64,000 bases of DNA from the NCBI GenBank assembly GCA_964016885.1, contig OZ024741.1, forward strand, positions 174,344,001 through 174,408,000. Direction: 5' to 3'. This document shows positions 37,185-51,539 of the stretch, piece by piece. The notes beneath the pieces were generated by a model. That model worked only from the letters and a program-made list of their open reading frames with translations, did not search any database and was not told the DNA's origin. Made by a program: the position numbers and the translations under genes. The DNA comes from Eledone cirrhosa (lineage: Eukaryota). Each line of letters begins with the position of its first letter. Position 1 is the stretch's first letter.

Positions 37185-37540
37185 TTATCATCACTGTTTA
37201 ATGTCCCTTTTTCCACACTAGCATGGGTTAGACAAGTCATCCCATTGTGAGACAAGTCAAATCAGATGACCATGTCTTGCTCACACAGAACTGTTTCTGG
37301 TTTGGTTTCTATGGCTGGATGCTCTTCCTAATGCCAACTACAGTTACAGCATGGACTGGGTGCTTTTTATCATGGCATCAAAACAACCAACTGACAGATT
37401 AGACTAGGTGATTTTTGTCATGCTACTAACACAACCACCTTACTCAGTAGGTGGGGTGCTCTTTCACGAGCATGAGCACCTTACATGGTGAACTCGGGGA
37501 TTTTGTTGTGTCACAAGCATGACCACATGGGAGCTTTTAG
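37185..37540 (-). mobile_element. RTE 3'-UTR-derived repeat
   Basis: Reverse complement of the 585-972 family. Other copies lie at 38185-38575 (+), 41822-42020 (-), 47135-47290 (+) and 63125-63608 (+). Confidence 0.75.
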
Positions 37541-39079
37541 CCATTTTAGCAGCACTGCTGGGGAGCGTGTCCAGATTTCTATGCTGGTATGCATGGGTTA
37601 GACAAAAGAGGTGTATCAGATGTGTAAGGGTGTGGAGCATGAATGTAGGATGATGCTTGGAGAGGTAGGTCTAAGGTGGGGTATTTAACTGGTGAAAGGT
37701 GGAATGTTAAGACATGGGAGATGTAGAAAAAGTGCTTTTTGTAGTGGCAGAAGCATTATAAAAGAAGGAGGCAGATTTGGAGCATGTAGTACTTTCCATG
37801 CTTCTATGTAGGGGTTGAGCGTGAGCAGAGAGGTACTATAGAAGTGTGTATGATGGGGTGGGAAAGGAGTATGCAAGTTGGACATAGATAAGGTGAGTAT
37901 ATTTAGTTGGTGAGGGTGAGGATATTAAGACTAAAGAAGGTGAATAGGGGAAGGGTAGGGAAACACTAGTTGTAGACTAGAGTCCTCTATATGATGTTTC
38001 ATCCTGTGCATATAGGAAGGTAGGTCTTTTGCAGTACAGCATATCATCAGAGAACCTGATTCTGTGTCACCTTCTTAAAGAGGTTTAATTGTGCAAGGTT
38101 AGCTTTTATCACTTCATCTCAAACTTTTCTAGGTCTTCCTCTTCCATAGCTTCCATCAAATTTGAGCACCCTATATATATATTGCACCTCTCAAAGGTGA
38201 TGACACAGGACCGTGACCTCTGGCGTCACACAGTAATTCAGAAGACCCGACTTCCCACAGGAACAAGCCAACGCTGAAGCATATAGATAACATGTCCCCA
38301 CCCCCTCCCACTGCAAAGTGGTCGTAGAGGTGTCACGACAAAAAATCACCCAGCCCACACCGTAAAGTGGATGTGTAGGCGCCACAGAAAAAAGCACCCA
38401 GCGCTCACTGTAAATGAGGGTGGTGTTAGGAAGGGCATCCAGCTGTAGAAATCAAGCCAGATCACTTCCCGTATGAGCAAGACAAGGTCACCCAACCTGG
38501 CACTGCCCAAAACAGGACAACCCGTCTAACCCATGCTAGCGTGGAAGAATGGACATAAAACAGTGATGATGATGATATATATATATATATATATACATCA
38601 TTCTAATATGGAAAAACTAACATAAAATGATTATATGCATACATATATTTACATAAATCTTTGTATGTGTATATATGTTTGTATATATGTATGCATATGT
38701 GTGTGTGGGGGGGTGTACATATATGCAGTAGAGGTAACTAGCAGAAACTGCCAAGCTCATGGTCAATCCTCTCCTTTCACTAATATTCTAATATATATAC
38801 ATTATATATTGACATTATATTTACACTCATTAAGATATACTTAAAAAAGATAACGAAAGACGAGTAGTAATACATACCACGTTTGTGAAGTCATTGTGTT
38901 TTTAGTTATTTCATTCTCATATTCTCTATCTTTAGTCTTAAGTGTATTTTAATGAGCTTAGATATACTGTCAATTTCATTTAATCAAATTTTTTATACAA
39001 CACTTTTAAGGTTTTCTGTGTGCATATATTTATGTATGAACATATGTATGTGGGACACTATTTGATCATGGAGTTAGGG

Positions 39080-39245
39080 CAGGGTTTCCCAAACGTTTTT
39101 AAATGCGGAACCGTTTTTGGTTCAGAAACTTTTGAGGGAACACCAAAGTCTAATACTGTTATATGGTCGTAATACAAATATACTCTCTACCTTTTTTCAA
39201 GGAACCCCAGACATTCCTTTGCAGAACCCACTTTGGGAACCACTG
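39080..39245. mobile_element. hAT-like MITE
   Basis: cagggtttcccaaac...tttgggaaccactg with TSD agttaggg/agttagat. Confidence 0.7.
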
Positions 39246-39287
39246 AGTTAGATACAAAAAATAGAAATGCATAAAAATGTCATCTAA

Positions 39288-39622
39288 GACCCCTACTCGG
39301 TCACGAGTGACCATGGTTTTGCACCTAGAAAGTTTCCCTCTAAGGTACAAGCCTGGGTAAGGTTTGTTTTTGTGGAATACCAGTAGTCACCCATGCATAC
39401 CAGTCTCCCCTCTCCATACCACCGATGTTGTCCAAGGGAAAGGCAATGACCAATACAGATGGGCACCAGTGATGTCGCAACTCATTTCTACAGCTGAGTA
39501 AACTTGAGCCACGTGAAATAAAGTGTTTTGCTCAAGGACACAATGCATCACCCGGTTTGAGAATCGAACTCACAACCTCTCAATTGCAAGCCTAATGCTC
39601 TAACCACTAAGCCATACGCATT
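39288..39622 (-). mobile_element. tRNA-derived SINE, family C (copies 50432-50750 +, partial 43072-43180; related head at 60275-60585 -)
   Basis: A-box tggcttagtgg, B-box gagttcgattc, then gtgtccttgagcaaaacacttt. Confidence 0.8.
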
Positions 39623-40014
39623 CACATATTATGTTGTATATAGATATGATGGACTTCAGCACAGTTTTCTCAATTATTTGTCAATCTCAATCATCAATAG
39701 AAGGCAATTTCCCAGGGTTACATGCAGCATTCCAAGTTTTTTCTTTTCTTCAGACAGTTTATCTACAATACCTTATCTAATAGATATTATCTTTTCTTTT
39801 GTGAGACAGTATGAATATGATATGAGAATTGGGCTGCAATTTCCACTTACATGTTCCCTCAATGACAAGGCTCCTTTGCTAACTAAACACAACTCAGTGA
39901 CATAGTTAGCTATGTACTTAATATTTGAATTGGGGAAAACGGGGACATTACTAAAGGGAATAATCAAATAATATAAAATAATATAATCAAATAATATAAA
40001 ACAAAAGGCTCAGT

Positions 40015-40345
40015 GATGGCTGTGTGGTTAAGGAGCTTGTTTTATAGTCACTTGGTTCAATCCCGTTGCATCATATCTTGGGTAAGTGTCTACTACTATA
40101 GCGTAGAGTTGAGCAATGCCTTTTGAGTGGAGTTTGGTAGATGGAAACTGCAGAAGACTTTCCCACACATACACACATACATGTGTGTGTATGTTGGTAT
40201 ATATGTTTGTGTTTATGTGACATAAAAGAGAGAAATAAAGTAAGTACCAAACTTGAATAAATAAGTACTTGGATCAATATGATTAACTAAAATCTTTTTA
40301 ACACAGTTCTCCAACATGGCTGCAGTCTAATGACTGAAACTTGTA
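40015..40345 (+). mobile_element. tRNA-derived SINE, family D (copies 57915-58222 -, partial 30320-30415 and 34060-34192)
   Basis: tggctgtgtggttaagg...ggttcaatccc...cttgggtaagtgtctactactatagc. Confidence 0.7.
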
Positions 40346-41395
40346 AAAAAAAAAATAATAAAGCAAAAAAAAAACAATACAAAATAAGATTTTTTTAAAT
40401 TTAAGAAAATAAATTAAAAAGAATAGAATTAATAAATTATATTAATAAAATGTAATAAAGAATGAATAAGAAATAAAATGTCTTTAAAAACCAAAGGAAA
40501 TAAGATATCTAAATAAAAAATGAAATTAAATAAAAAAAATTTACTAAAATGAATAAAATAAAATAAAACATAAACAATACAAAACAACACTTTTTTTTAA
40601 ATTGAAAGAAATAAAATATAGTGAAAAAAAAAAATAATTATAATAAATAAATAAATAAAAATGAAAAATTAAATGAAAAACGAAATAAATAAAACCACAT
40701 GTTGAACTGTTGAAAGAGAAAGGAATGCAAAGGAGGGAAAAACAGAAAAATGATGACATTTGCTTTGAATAATTGAGATTACATTAAAAGAATTATCACT
40801 AGATCTGAAATGTAGTAAAGACAATTATTAATTATTTCTATTTTTATATCATATTTCTGGAAAACTAAACTACAAACAAAAAAATGAAAATTGCTATATA
40901 TAAAAAAAAATACAAAAAAAAGAAAAAAAATGTAAAAAACAAAACAAAAAGAAAGAAAAACAAACAAAACATTAAGTGAAAATATAAAAATAAAAATAAA
41001 AATAAAAACAAAGAGAAAAAGTAAATGAAACAAAAAGAAAAAAGAAAAATTAGTAAAAACACAAATAAATAAATAAAAGACAAAGAAAAATGAAAGTAAA
41101 TAACAGAAAAATAAAAGATAAAAACAAAGGAAAAAACGAAAAATATATATAAATAAATGGAAAACAGAAAAAGAAAAATAGAGAAAAAATAAAAAAGAAA
41201 GAAAACAAAGAAAAGATGTAAAATGGAAAGAAATAGATATAAAAAAAGATAAAAAATAAAAAATAGATAAAAGCATAAAAACTAAGAAAATAAATAACAT
41301 AAGCAAAGAGGAAAATAAAAAATATAAACATAAAAAGAGAAAAATTAAAACAAAAAAAAACAAAACCAAAGAAGGGAAAAAAACTTTAAAATAAC
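40345..41395. repeat. A-rich low-complexity tract
   Basis: About 1 kb of degenerate A-rich sequence. The F/L-rich ORFs on minus are by-products. Confidence 0.85.
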
Positions 41396-42221
41396 ATTTA
41401 TCATGATTTAAAATTATAGACTTTGTAGTGTAGGATGTGGGAAATATTCACTAAATCAGAAGAATTTTGAGGTTTCCCTAGCCTTAAAATGATTGTCAGC
41501 CATTGTACAGAATCATGAGAACACTGGCTAGAATGCCTTGCTGTATTTGTTCCAGATCTCTGTGTTCTGAGTTCAAACCCATTTTGGGGTTGATAAATAG
41601 GGTACCAGTTCCATCCTGGAGTCAATTCTCTCTCTCTCTCTCTCTCTCATTCTCATTCTCTCTTTCATACTCTTTCTCTTGCTCCCTTTTCCACTGTCCC
41701 TTTCTCCCATCTCTCTTGTAATCATCTGTATTCTGATTTGGCAATGGATGAGCTCACCCATGTTTAAAAACCCATAGCTGTATCCCTCTCACTCTATCAG
41801 GAGTTCAGGATCAATGGATGCATGTCATCATCATCATCGTTTAATGAATATTTTACATGCTAGCATGGGTTAGACAGGTTTGTCCCATTTGAGGCAAGTT
41901 GGGTCGGGTGACCGTGTCTCACACATATAGGACTTTCTGGCTAGATTTCTACGGCTAGATGCCTTTCCTAACGCCAACCACATTTACAATGTGTGCTGGA
42001 TGTTTTTGTGATACCTTCACAACTTTACAGAGTAAGGGTGGTATGGGCAGACGTGGGTGAGTGGTGTAGGGGTGTGGGGTTCCCAGGTCTTTCTGGGTCT
42101 TCCTATCCCACATGTATTGAAATGATAAGGATGATGAGCTCATCTTACTTGAATTTCTACTGCTACTACCACCACCGCCATCATCAAGCCATCAAGCCAT
42201 CAAAGTATGAATTATATATTA

Positions 42222-44405
42222 ATAATTGTTTCTAGCACAAAGCTAGCAATTTGGAAGAAGGGGAAAATCGATCATATTAACTCAGTACTTAACTGGTATT
42301 TATTTTATCAACTCTAGAAGGAGGAATGGCAAAGTTGGCCACAACAAGATTTGAACTCACAACATAGAAAGTCATATCTAAATACTGGAAAACATTTTGT
42401 CAACCGCCCTACCAATACTGCCAATCTGCCACCCATTATAATGGTTTCTGATTTAGGCACAAGACCAACAACTTTGGGGGAAAGGGAAAGTCAATAAAAT
42501 CAACCCCAGTGCATTACTGGTACTTTAGTTTATCGACCCCCATAAAGATGAAAGGCAAAGCTAACCTAACTCAGTGGGAATTGAACTCAGAATATAAAGG
42601 GCCATAACTCTATGCCACTAAACTTGTTGCCTGACGCTCTACTGATTCTGCCAATCCACTGCCCTACATCCCTTTATAATGATTTCTAATTTTGGCATAA
42701 AACCAGCGATTTGGGGGGGGGGGGGTTAAATGATTAATTTGATGCCAGTATGTACTTTATTTTATTGATGCCCATGAAACATAAAGTGAACCTCAGAAGT
42801 TTTGAACTCAGATTGTAAAGGGCCAGAACAAATACAACTTGGTATTTTGACTGATGCTCAAACAATTTTGTCAATCCATTGCCTGGTTTCTGATTTAGGC
42901 ACAAGGCCAGCAATTTTGGGGAGGGGAAAGTCTATTAAATCAACCCCTGTAAGGATGAAAGGCGAAGCTAACCTCGGCAGGATTTGAACTCAGAACCTAA
43001 AGGGCCGTAACTCTATGCCGTAAAGCATGTTGTCCGACATTCTATCAATACTGCCAAACTACATAATAATATGCATGGGCGACTACTGGTTTTCCACAAA
43101 ACAAACCTTACCCAGGCTTGTGCCTCAGAGGGAAACTTTCTAGGTGCAAAACCATGGTCATTCGTGACTAAGTGGGGCCATACAGAGACATAATAATAAT
43201 AATAGTTTTTAATTGAGACACAAGGTCAACAATTTCAAGGAATAGGAATCCCCAGTACTTGTCTGGCACTATATTTTATTGACTGTTGATGGATGAAAAG
43301 TAAAATTAACTTCAGCACTATTTGGACACAGAATGTAATGAGATAAACACCACAAAGAATTTTGTCTGAGACTCCAATGATTCTGCCAGTCTACCATTTT
43401 AATCATCATCATCATCATCATCATCATCATTATAATTTTATGTCCACTTTTCCCTGCTTGCAAGGCTGGGACAGTCCTCTTCACCACAGCATCTCTCCAT
43501 TTGTCACAGTCCCTCGTCATCTCTGTGAACTTCAGCGATCTGAGGTCAGCTCTCACCACCTCCACCCATGTTTTTCGTGGTCTTCCTCTACTACGTCTTC
43601 CTTCCTCTGGGATTTTTTGGCACTTCTTCACCCAGCAGTCATCTTCCTTCCTCTGAGATTTCTTGGCACTTCTTCACCCAGTAGTCATCTTCCATGTGCA
43701 TCACATGGCCATACCATTGCAGTCTCCTCTCCCGCACACTACAGTTTATCCCTCTTATACACAGTTTCACTCTCAGCTCATCTATGCTTGATTGTTCCTG
43801 CACATTGACGTTGCACATCCATTGGAGCATGCTTGCTTCATTTCTCTCCAGCCATTTGCAGTTACTGCCCATGCCTCACTACCATGCATCATTGCGCATC
43901 TCACACAGGCATCATATAACCGATCATAATAATTTCCAGTTTAGGCACAAGCCCAACAATTTGTGGGGAGAGAAAAGTTGATTACATTAATCCCACTACA
44001 GGACTGGTACATTATTTTATTGACCCTAGAATAATGAAAGACAAAGTTGACCATGCCGGGATTTAAACTCAGATTGTAAAGGGTCGTAATTAAATGGTGC
44101 CAAGTATTTTGTCTGACTAAGGCTCTGGTGATTTTCCTCTGTAATAACAATAATTTCTTTATTGGCCACTAGGGCCGAAAACAGTGAAGACAATACAATA
44201 AACAGGGATATGCCAGTAATAATAATAATTATTATTTCTACTTTTGGCACAAGCAAGGCCAGCAATTATCCCAGTGATTACTGGTGCTTTATTTTATAAA
44301 CCCCGTAAGGATGAAAGGTAAAGTTAACCTCGGCGAGATTTGAATTCAGATCATAAAGGGCCGTGACTCTATGTGGCAAAGCATCGCGTCCGACCCTCTA
44401 CCAAT
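42222..44405 (-). mobile_element. Cluster of ~7 co-oriented family A SINEs interrupted by an RTE 3' fragment (43400-43900, -)
   Basis: Repeated tttcta..ttggcacaaggccagcaat...gatttgaactcaga...ctgccaatc. RTE peptide LERNEASMLQWM...RRLQWYGHV with a (GAT)n tail. Confidence 0.85.
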
Positions 44406-44667
44406 ATTAACCACAAAGGGTTTACAAAAAAAAACATTAAGGGCAGCACAGGCCAGTACAGAATGGTACAAATATAGGTTTCTGAGTGTAAAGAAAGAGA
44501 AACAAAAACAAAAGATGTAACAAAAAAAGGGAAATCATAATAATAATAATAATAATGTTAATAATAATAGCAACAACAGCAACAACATCAATAGCATCAA
44601 ACTGTAATATAATTGAAGAATATATATCATTATCATCATTGTTTAATGTTCATTTTCCTTGCTAGCA

Positions 44668-44703
<36 letters not shown>

Positions 44704-45024
44704 ATTCCATAAACATTAAAAGATAAAATAGATGCTGTCGTCTCTTGACATAAATAACTGTATTAAATAGTGATCGGTTGTTGAGACTAACAAATATTGA
44801 CCTGCTTATCAGTATAGATTGAGATAATTGTCTAGACAGTGAAAACTAGATGGTTGACTTCTTAACTGAACCAGTTGTTTCATCGAACACACATAAAATG
44901 ACCAATTATTCTAATTCCATTCTGAACTGGAAGAAAAACCAGAAACTACAGACAAAAAATTTATTGGCGGACAAACTACAGGAGACGATGGAGAAATAAA
45001 AATAAATATATATAAAATTATCAT

Positions 45025-45530
45025 AAATATATTTACTTTAATGGGTAGACATGGTTGCGTGGAGATACAGACATGGTTGAGCTGAGGTGCAAGAATGATT
45101 GTGTAGAGGTTCAAGCACAACTGTGTAGAGATGCAGGTATGGCTGAGTGGAACCACAACTGTGTAAAGATACACACGTAATTGTGTAATTAAAAGGTTTG
45201 CTTTGCAACCAGACAGGCATGGCTGTGTTGAAACAAATGACTGAAGAGGTACAAGCATGGCCGTGGTGTTAACAGGTTTGCTTTGCAACCAGACAAATAT
45301 GGCTGTAGAGATGCAAGCGTGACTGTAGAAGTGCAAGCATAGCTATGTTGTTAAGATATTTGATTTGCGACCAGACAGGCATGGCTGTAAAGATGTAGGC
45401 ATGACTATAGAGGTACAAGCATAGCCGTGGTGTTAAGAGGTTTTCTTTGTCACCAGACAAACATGGCTATGTTGAGGTATAGACATGACTTTGTGGCTGT
45501 GGAGGTGGAGGTATGGCTGTGTAGAGGTAC
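45025..45530 (+). repeat. Degenerate tandem array of ~20-bp units and SINE-head fragments
   Basis: Repeated gcatggctgtagag.t.caa interspersed with four tgttaa.aggtttgctttgcaaccagaca-like units. Confidence 0.7.
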
Positions 45531-47348
45531 ATTAAACTTTCTGTTGTCTTTAATTTCATTCCATAGGTAGAGTTGTTTAAAATGCAATACACAAACTTGT
45601 TCATTTTGTTAAAGATAGGCAGTAAATTATCAGAATACCTTTCAGTGTTTATTCCAGCACTCTGAGTTCTAATCCTACATAGATCAACTTTATCTTTCCT
45701 TCTTTTGGGGTTGGTAAATAAGGTACCAGTCCAGAATTGGCAGAATTGTTGGAACATCAAACATGTTGTATGGTATCTATCTGTTCTGGCCCTGTGTATT
45801 CTGATTTAAAATCCTGCCTCCTGTCACTGAAACAATGGTCATATGATAGAATGAGAACCTCTATCATTAAAATACCCAGGAAGTCTCCAATGAGATGCAA
45901 CCTTATAGAAAGCTGGCAAAACTAAAGCAGGTGTGAGCCATCACAACAACATTACGTTAAAGATTTTGATTGTGTCCTAGATTTTGTTTCACAGTTAAGG
46001 TTGTTTACATCATAACATTTGAACACCATGATAAGCATAGTAATATGATAGATAGAAGATAGATAATGTAACTATTATTGCCGACAACAAAAACATATCA
46101 GAAAATAATTAACAAAAAAAAGAAAGTAAAGGATTCTGCAAATGGAACTGTAATTTGGAATTTAAGATTGAAAGAGAAATTAAGATAAGTGCTTTTAATC
46201 ATAAATAAAAATGAGACATTTGTAAGTTGTTTACAGCTTGACAAAAGATCATGTGATGTTGATAGCATCAGTTCTGATGAGGAATCGGAAAATATTTGTA
46301 ATTATTATCATCCAGTAACCAAAAGTGTGAATTTTCTTTTAACTTGGGAGTTTTGACTACAAAATTACCTCACAACAATATTAAAGAAGCGATGTTATCA
46401 AGCTTCCCCTATCGGCAATATTATAGTGATAGTTATGAAGTGTTGTGCAAATGACAAACATGGAAATATCACTAGCTGAATATTCCCAGTCTTTTTGTTT
46501 TGTTTTATTTAATATATTATAAAATAACCAGAGGAATGAAGGCAGTACCCATGTCATGTTGATTAGACTGATCATTTCAGTTATATTCTACACTCTGCTT
46601 GATATAAATAGCAACTACTATGAAGATAACTCTGTAGGCAGAATCATAGAGGTAGTCATCTGATAAGGAGCTAATAATCTCTGAAATACCTTAAAATAAT
46701 TTCACCTCTTATATTTTTCTGAGTACAGATGTGTTTACACTTCCTTCTTTTTCACAGTGTAGTTTCTAATAAAAGAATTTAAAGTTCGATATCTACATTA
46801 AATTTATCTTAAATCTTTTAATATATGCTGTATTCTAGCATAAATATTTATTTGAATATTCATTTTTAATTTAACCTTTAAGACACTGAATTTATTTATG
46901 AATTGCTTCCCTTGGCATTGTATTATGTATTAAGGGGAGATTATTCTCTTGTTGCAATTTGTTGCCGACAGTGTGCTGCAGGTTAAGCACAAGGCCAATA
47001 AATTCCGGAGAAGATCAAAGTTGATTAAATCAACCCCAGTACTTGATTGGTCATTTATTGTGTCTTGGTTTGTAGAATAATTACACCATAGTTGAATATC
47101 CTAGTTTTTAGAATATGCACAATTATTATAGTGGTGCTGGTGCCATGGTAAAATGCACACATTACACTCTGTAAAGTAGTTGGCATTAGGAAGGACATCC
47201 AGCTGTAGAAACCATGCCAAATTATAGAACATCTAAGTAAGACATGGTCTTGGATCAAGACGATCCATCCAACCAATGCCTGTATAAAAAACGGAGAAAG
47301 AGGGGGGAAGAGACAGACAGACAGCAGACAGAACAGACAAGCAAATAA

Positions 47349-48402
47349 TAATTGTTTCTACTTTTGGCACAAGGCCAACAATTACCCCAGTGTATTACTG
47401 GTGCTTTATTTTATTGACCCCGTAAGGGTGAAAGGCAAAGTTAACCTTGGCGGGATTTGAACTCAGAACATAAAGGGCCATAACTCTATGCTGAAAAGCA
47501 TGGTGTCTGACGCTCTACTGATACTACCAATCAATAATGATAGTTTCTCATTTAGACTTAAGGCCAGCAATTTGGGTGAAGGGAAAGTCAGTTAAATCAA
47601 TCTTAGTACTTGACTGCTACTATATTTTATTTACCCTAGAAGGAAAGGCAAAGTTGATCTCAGCAGGATTTGAACTCAGAACTTAGAAAGTCTTAACCAA
47701 ATTCACCAAAGAGTTTTATTCAATACTCTAATGTTTCTGCCAATCCATGGCCCTTTTAATAATGGTTTCTTATGTAGGCACAAGGTCAGCAATTTGATGG
47801 GAAGGGGAAAGTCGATTAAATCGACCCCAGTGTATGACTGGTACTTTATTTTATCGACCCTGTAAGGATGAAAGGTAATGTTAACCTTGGCGGGATTTAA
47901 ACTCAGATCATAAAGGGCCGTAACTATGCTGCAAAGCATGGCGTCCAACAATCTACCGATACTGCCAATCCACCGCCCTCATGGCCCTTTTAATTATGGC
48001 TTCTAACTTAGGTACAAGGCTGGCAGTTTTGAAGGGAGGGGAAATCCAATAAATCAATCCCAGAACTTGGCCAGTATTTTATTTTATTGACCCTGGAAGG
48101 ATGAAAAGCAAAATTGGCCTCAACTGGATTTGCACTCAGAATGTAAAGAACCGGAATATTGCAAAGCATTTTTTCCAATGTTCTAAATAATAATTCTTTC
48201 TAATATTGACACAAGTCCAGCAATTTGGGGGAAGAAAAAGTCAATTATATCAACCCCAGTACTTAACTCGTGCTTTATTTTATCAACCTCAAAAAGATGA
48301 AAGAAATTAACCTCGACAGGATTTGAACTCAGAATATAGAAAGTTGTAACTAAATACTATAAAGCATTTTGTCCCATGCTCTACTGATACTGCCAATCCA
48401 CA
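47349..48402 (-). mobile_element. Head-to-tail cluster of 5 family A SINEs
   Basis: Units start at ~47349, 47540, 47760, 47995 and 48195. Confidence 0.85.
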
Positions 48403-49487
48403 AATAAATAATGATAATAATCATTTCTTTATTGATTATAATGTTTCCCTCCAGCACCATATCCTTGTCTAAAGACCATCTGTTCTAAATTAGAATCCAT
48501 TGAACATCTTGACATGACCTATAGACCTAAAGAAGAAGGAGGTCATGACATTCAGCTTCACAAACAATACAGTTTGAACAAAATCAATAAATAGAATTTT
48601 AAATAGGTGGCAGCAAATCAATGCTAAAGTTTTCAATAAAAATTATATAATTGATCTGCTATTTCTAGCTTACAAATCCACATTAAATTATTGCAAAGGT
48701 TTGCTTAATTTCATAATTGTCTGCATCAATAGAAGTAAAACTTTATTATATCATATAAGAGAATAAGTTTATGTCAATATCATTATCATCATTATAATCA
48801 TTATCACATGTGGTGAATTGGCAGAGTTGTTAGAATGCCAGATAGAATGTTTTGTGGTATTCATTCAGGCTCTCTGCAATCTGAGTTCAAAAACCTGCTG
48901 AGGTCAAGTTTGCCTTTCATTCTTTCAAGGTTGATAAAGAAATACTAGTCTAATATTGGGGTCAATTCTTCCTCTAAATTTTTTCCCCACTTCCTCTCTC
49001 TCACTTTTTCTCCTTTTGGAAGAAATTTGCTGTGTTCAAACCCTTCCGCCATTGTTAGTACATCCCCTTCCGCCGCCCGACCCCCCCCCCCTCCCCCCAA
49101 AAAGAACACCATCACGAATTACGGGTCTGTACATACAAAACAAGGATTGTTGCCATCATCATCATCATCATCATCATCGTCGTACTCATCATCTCCACCA
49201 ACACCACTATCTTCAACATCATCATCATCGCCACTGCCACCACCAGCATCATTGACATTGTCATCATCAACACCGTCACCGTTACCACCACAATGTACCA
49301 TCAACACCATCTCACCATCACCATTATCACCACTTCCACCACCTCAGTGATCATCATCATCTTTGTTTTTACATCTACTTTTCTATGCTGTCATATTTGA
49401 GACAAGATGTTCTTCAGATAGTTTTTTTTTTTTTATGACTGGCTGCCCTTCCTTATGCCAATCTATATATTATTATAAAGCTGGGGA

Positions 49488-49633
49488 ACGCATAGAGTTA
49501 CGGCCCTTGCCATTCTGAGTTCAAATCCCGCCGAGGTTAACTTTGCCTTTCATTCTTACGGGGTCGATAAAATAAAGTACCAGTAATGTACTGGGTAATT
49601 GCTGGCCTTGTGCCAAAAGTAGAAACAATTATT
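49488..49633 (+). mobile_element. 5'-truncated family A SINE with TSD
   Basis: aagctggggaac on both sides (49478-49489 and 49635-49646, approximately). Confidence 0.85.
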
Positions 49634-49721
49634 AAGCTGGGGAACATATTATTTATGTTGGACATAAACAAAGCATACTGCTACTGATAGACATACACAC
49701 ATGTACACACACACACACATG

Positions 49722-49765
<44 letters not shown>

Positions 49766-49832
49766 AAAGTTTTATTTAAAATTGTAGGGTTACAACGAGT
49801 AAATATTTTATAACTGATTTTGGAGTAGGTTT

Positions 49833-50326
49833 ACGATATTAAACAAATGGAAACTATATTTATAAAACCATATTTATTTCATTATATATATTTCAGGGAG
49901 ACCATATTAAATATATATGGTATGCCTTCCTCAGACAAAATACAATATATAAACCGTTTTATAAATAAATTTGACATACCTAGAACAGTGCAACTTCCAT
50001 TTAAAAAGTTGATTTGGTAGTGAAAATGTTGAGGACAGTTAAAAAGAAGGACAAAGAGAAAAAAGAAAAAAAGAAGAAAAAAGAAAAAAAAGAGGAGAAG
50101 AAGAAAGAAAGTGTATAGTGCTAAGGAACAGTTAGAGAAGAAGATGAATCAACTTTTTAAATGGAAGTTGCACTGTTCTAGGTATGTCAAATTTATTTAT
50201 AAAACGGTTTATATATTGTATTTTGTCTGAGGAAGGCATACCATATTTTTAATATGGTATCCCTGAAATATATATAATGAAATAAATATGGTTTTATAAA
50301 TATAGTTTCCATTTGTTTAATATCGT
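49833..50326. repeat. Foldback (~180-bp arms, ~133-bp spacer) carrying an HHR in each arm
   Basis: 49833-50013 is the reverse complement of 50147-50326. Confidence 0.9.
50220..50283 (+). ncRNA. Minimal Type I hammerhead ribozyme (mirror copy 49876-49941, -)
   Basis: attttgt-CTGAGGA-agg c ataccatat tttta atatggtat c cct-GAAA-tatata-TA-atgaaat. Confidence 0.75.
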
Positions 50327-50396
50327 ATATATATATATATATATATAGCCGTCAAAACGGCTTGAGCTCTGCCGTCGGGGGTCAAACATTTTCCTA

Positions 50397-50431
<35 letters not shown>

Positions 50432-51539
50432 AGTGGTTGGGGCTTTGGGCTTACAATCACAAGATTGTGAGTTCAATTCCCAGACTGGGTGGTACGATAT
50501 GTCCTTAAGCTAGGCACTTTATACCACATTGCTCCAGGTCACTCAGCTGGAAAAAATGAGTTGCAATATCACTGATGCCAACCTATATCTGACTTTGCCT
50601 TTTTCTTGGATGACATTGGTGGCATGAAGAGGGGTGACAGGCATGCATGGCTGACTACTGGTCTTCCACAAAAACCTTGCCCAGGTTTGTGGCTCAGAGT
50701 GGAATTTTCCAAGTGCAAATCACATGATCATTCGTGATCGAAGAGGGCATCCCCTTCATCCTCATCTTCATCCTCATCCCCTTTCATTACCATATTTCTA
50801 TTAAAAGACACTGCCTATTATTTTCAAATAATTTTGAAAATTGTCAAGAATTTTGAGGGATTTTGTAATACTAGAAATGTTTTCAACTTGCTGACATGAA
50901 TCTGTATATGTGTGAGCATGTGTGTGTATGTGCATATGCATGCATTTATATGTATGAGTATATAAATATAAACACACAAACACAGACACACAAAAATACA
51001 CACACACAGACATACATTCACACAAACACACACATACATTCACACAAGCACACACACATACATTTACACAAACACACGCATATGCATACACTCACACACA
51101 GCGTAGCAAATGAAACACCAGCCGCTGTTTTGCTATAGTTTTTTGGCTATCCCTTTACTTCCTTTTACACACACATACATTCACACAAACACATTGTGTG
51201 ACAGACGGGCATCGCCCAAATTTATATATAAATAACTATCTCATTACTAACTTGATGTTAGGAATAAAACTTAACAAAGACTTTTTCATTAAATTATGAT
51301 GGAAGATTTTTACATATATATATAAACACTTTCATGACCATATTCTAATAAAAGATACTGCCAATAATTTTCAAATACTTTTGAAAATAAACAAGAATTT
51401 TGAAGGATTTAGTAATATAGCCAACTTTCTCATTATTGAGCTGATATTAGGAACAAAACTTCACAATGATTCTGACATAGAATTAAGGTGGTCGTTTTTT
51501 AGATGAATACAAACACTTTAAAACAAACAGTTTGAAAGC

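Noticed and set aside
39288-39622. tRNA genes suggested by A/B boxes
   Set aside because: The boxes belong to multi-copy SINE heads with long non-tRNA bodies, and I found no complete cloverleaf.
40779-41369. 196-aa hydrophobic membrane-protein-like ORF
   Set aside because: It is the reverse complement of an A-rich low-complexity tract.
44760-46700. Coding-looking stretches (e.g. MVDFLTEPVV...QETMEK)
   Set aside because: Short, stop-ridden and without a recognisable motif or splice structure.
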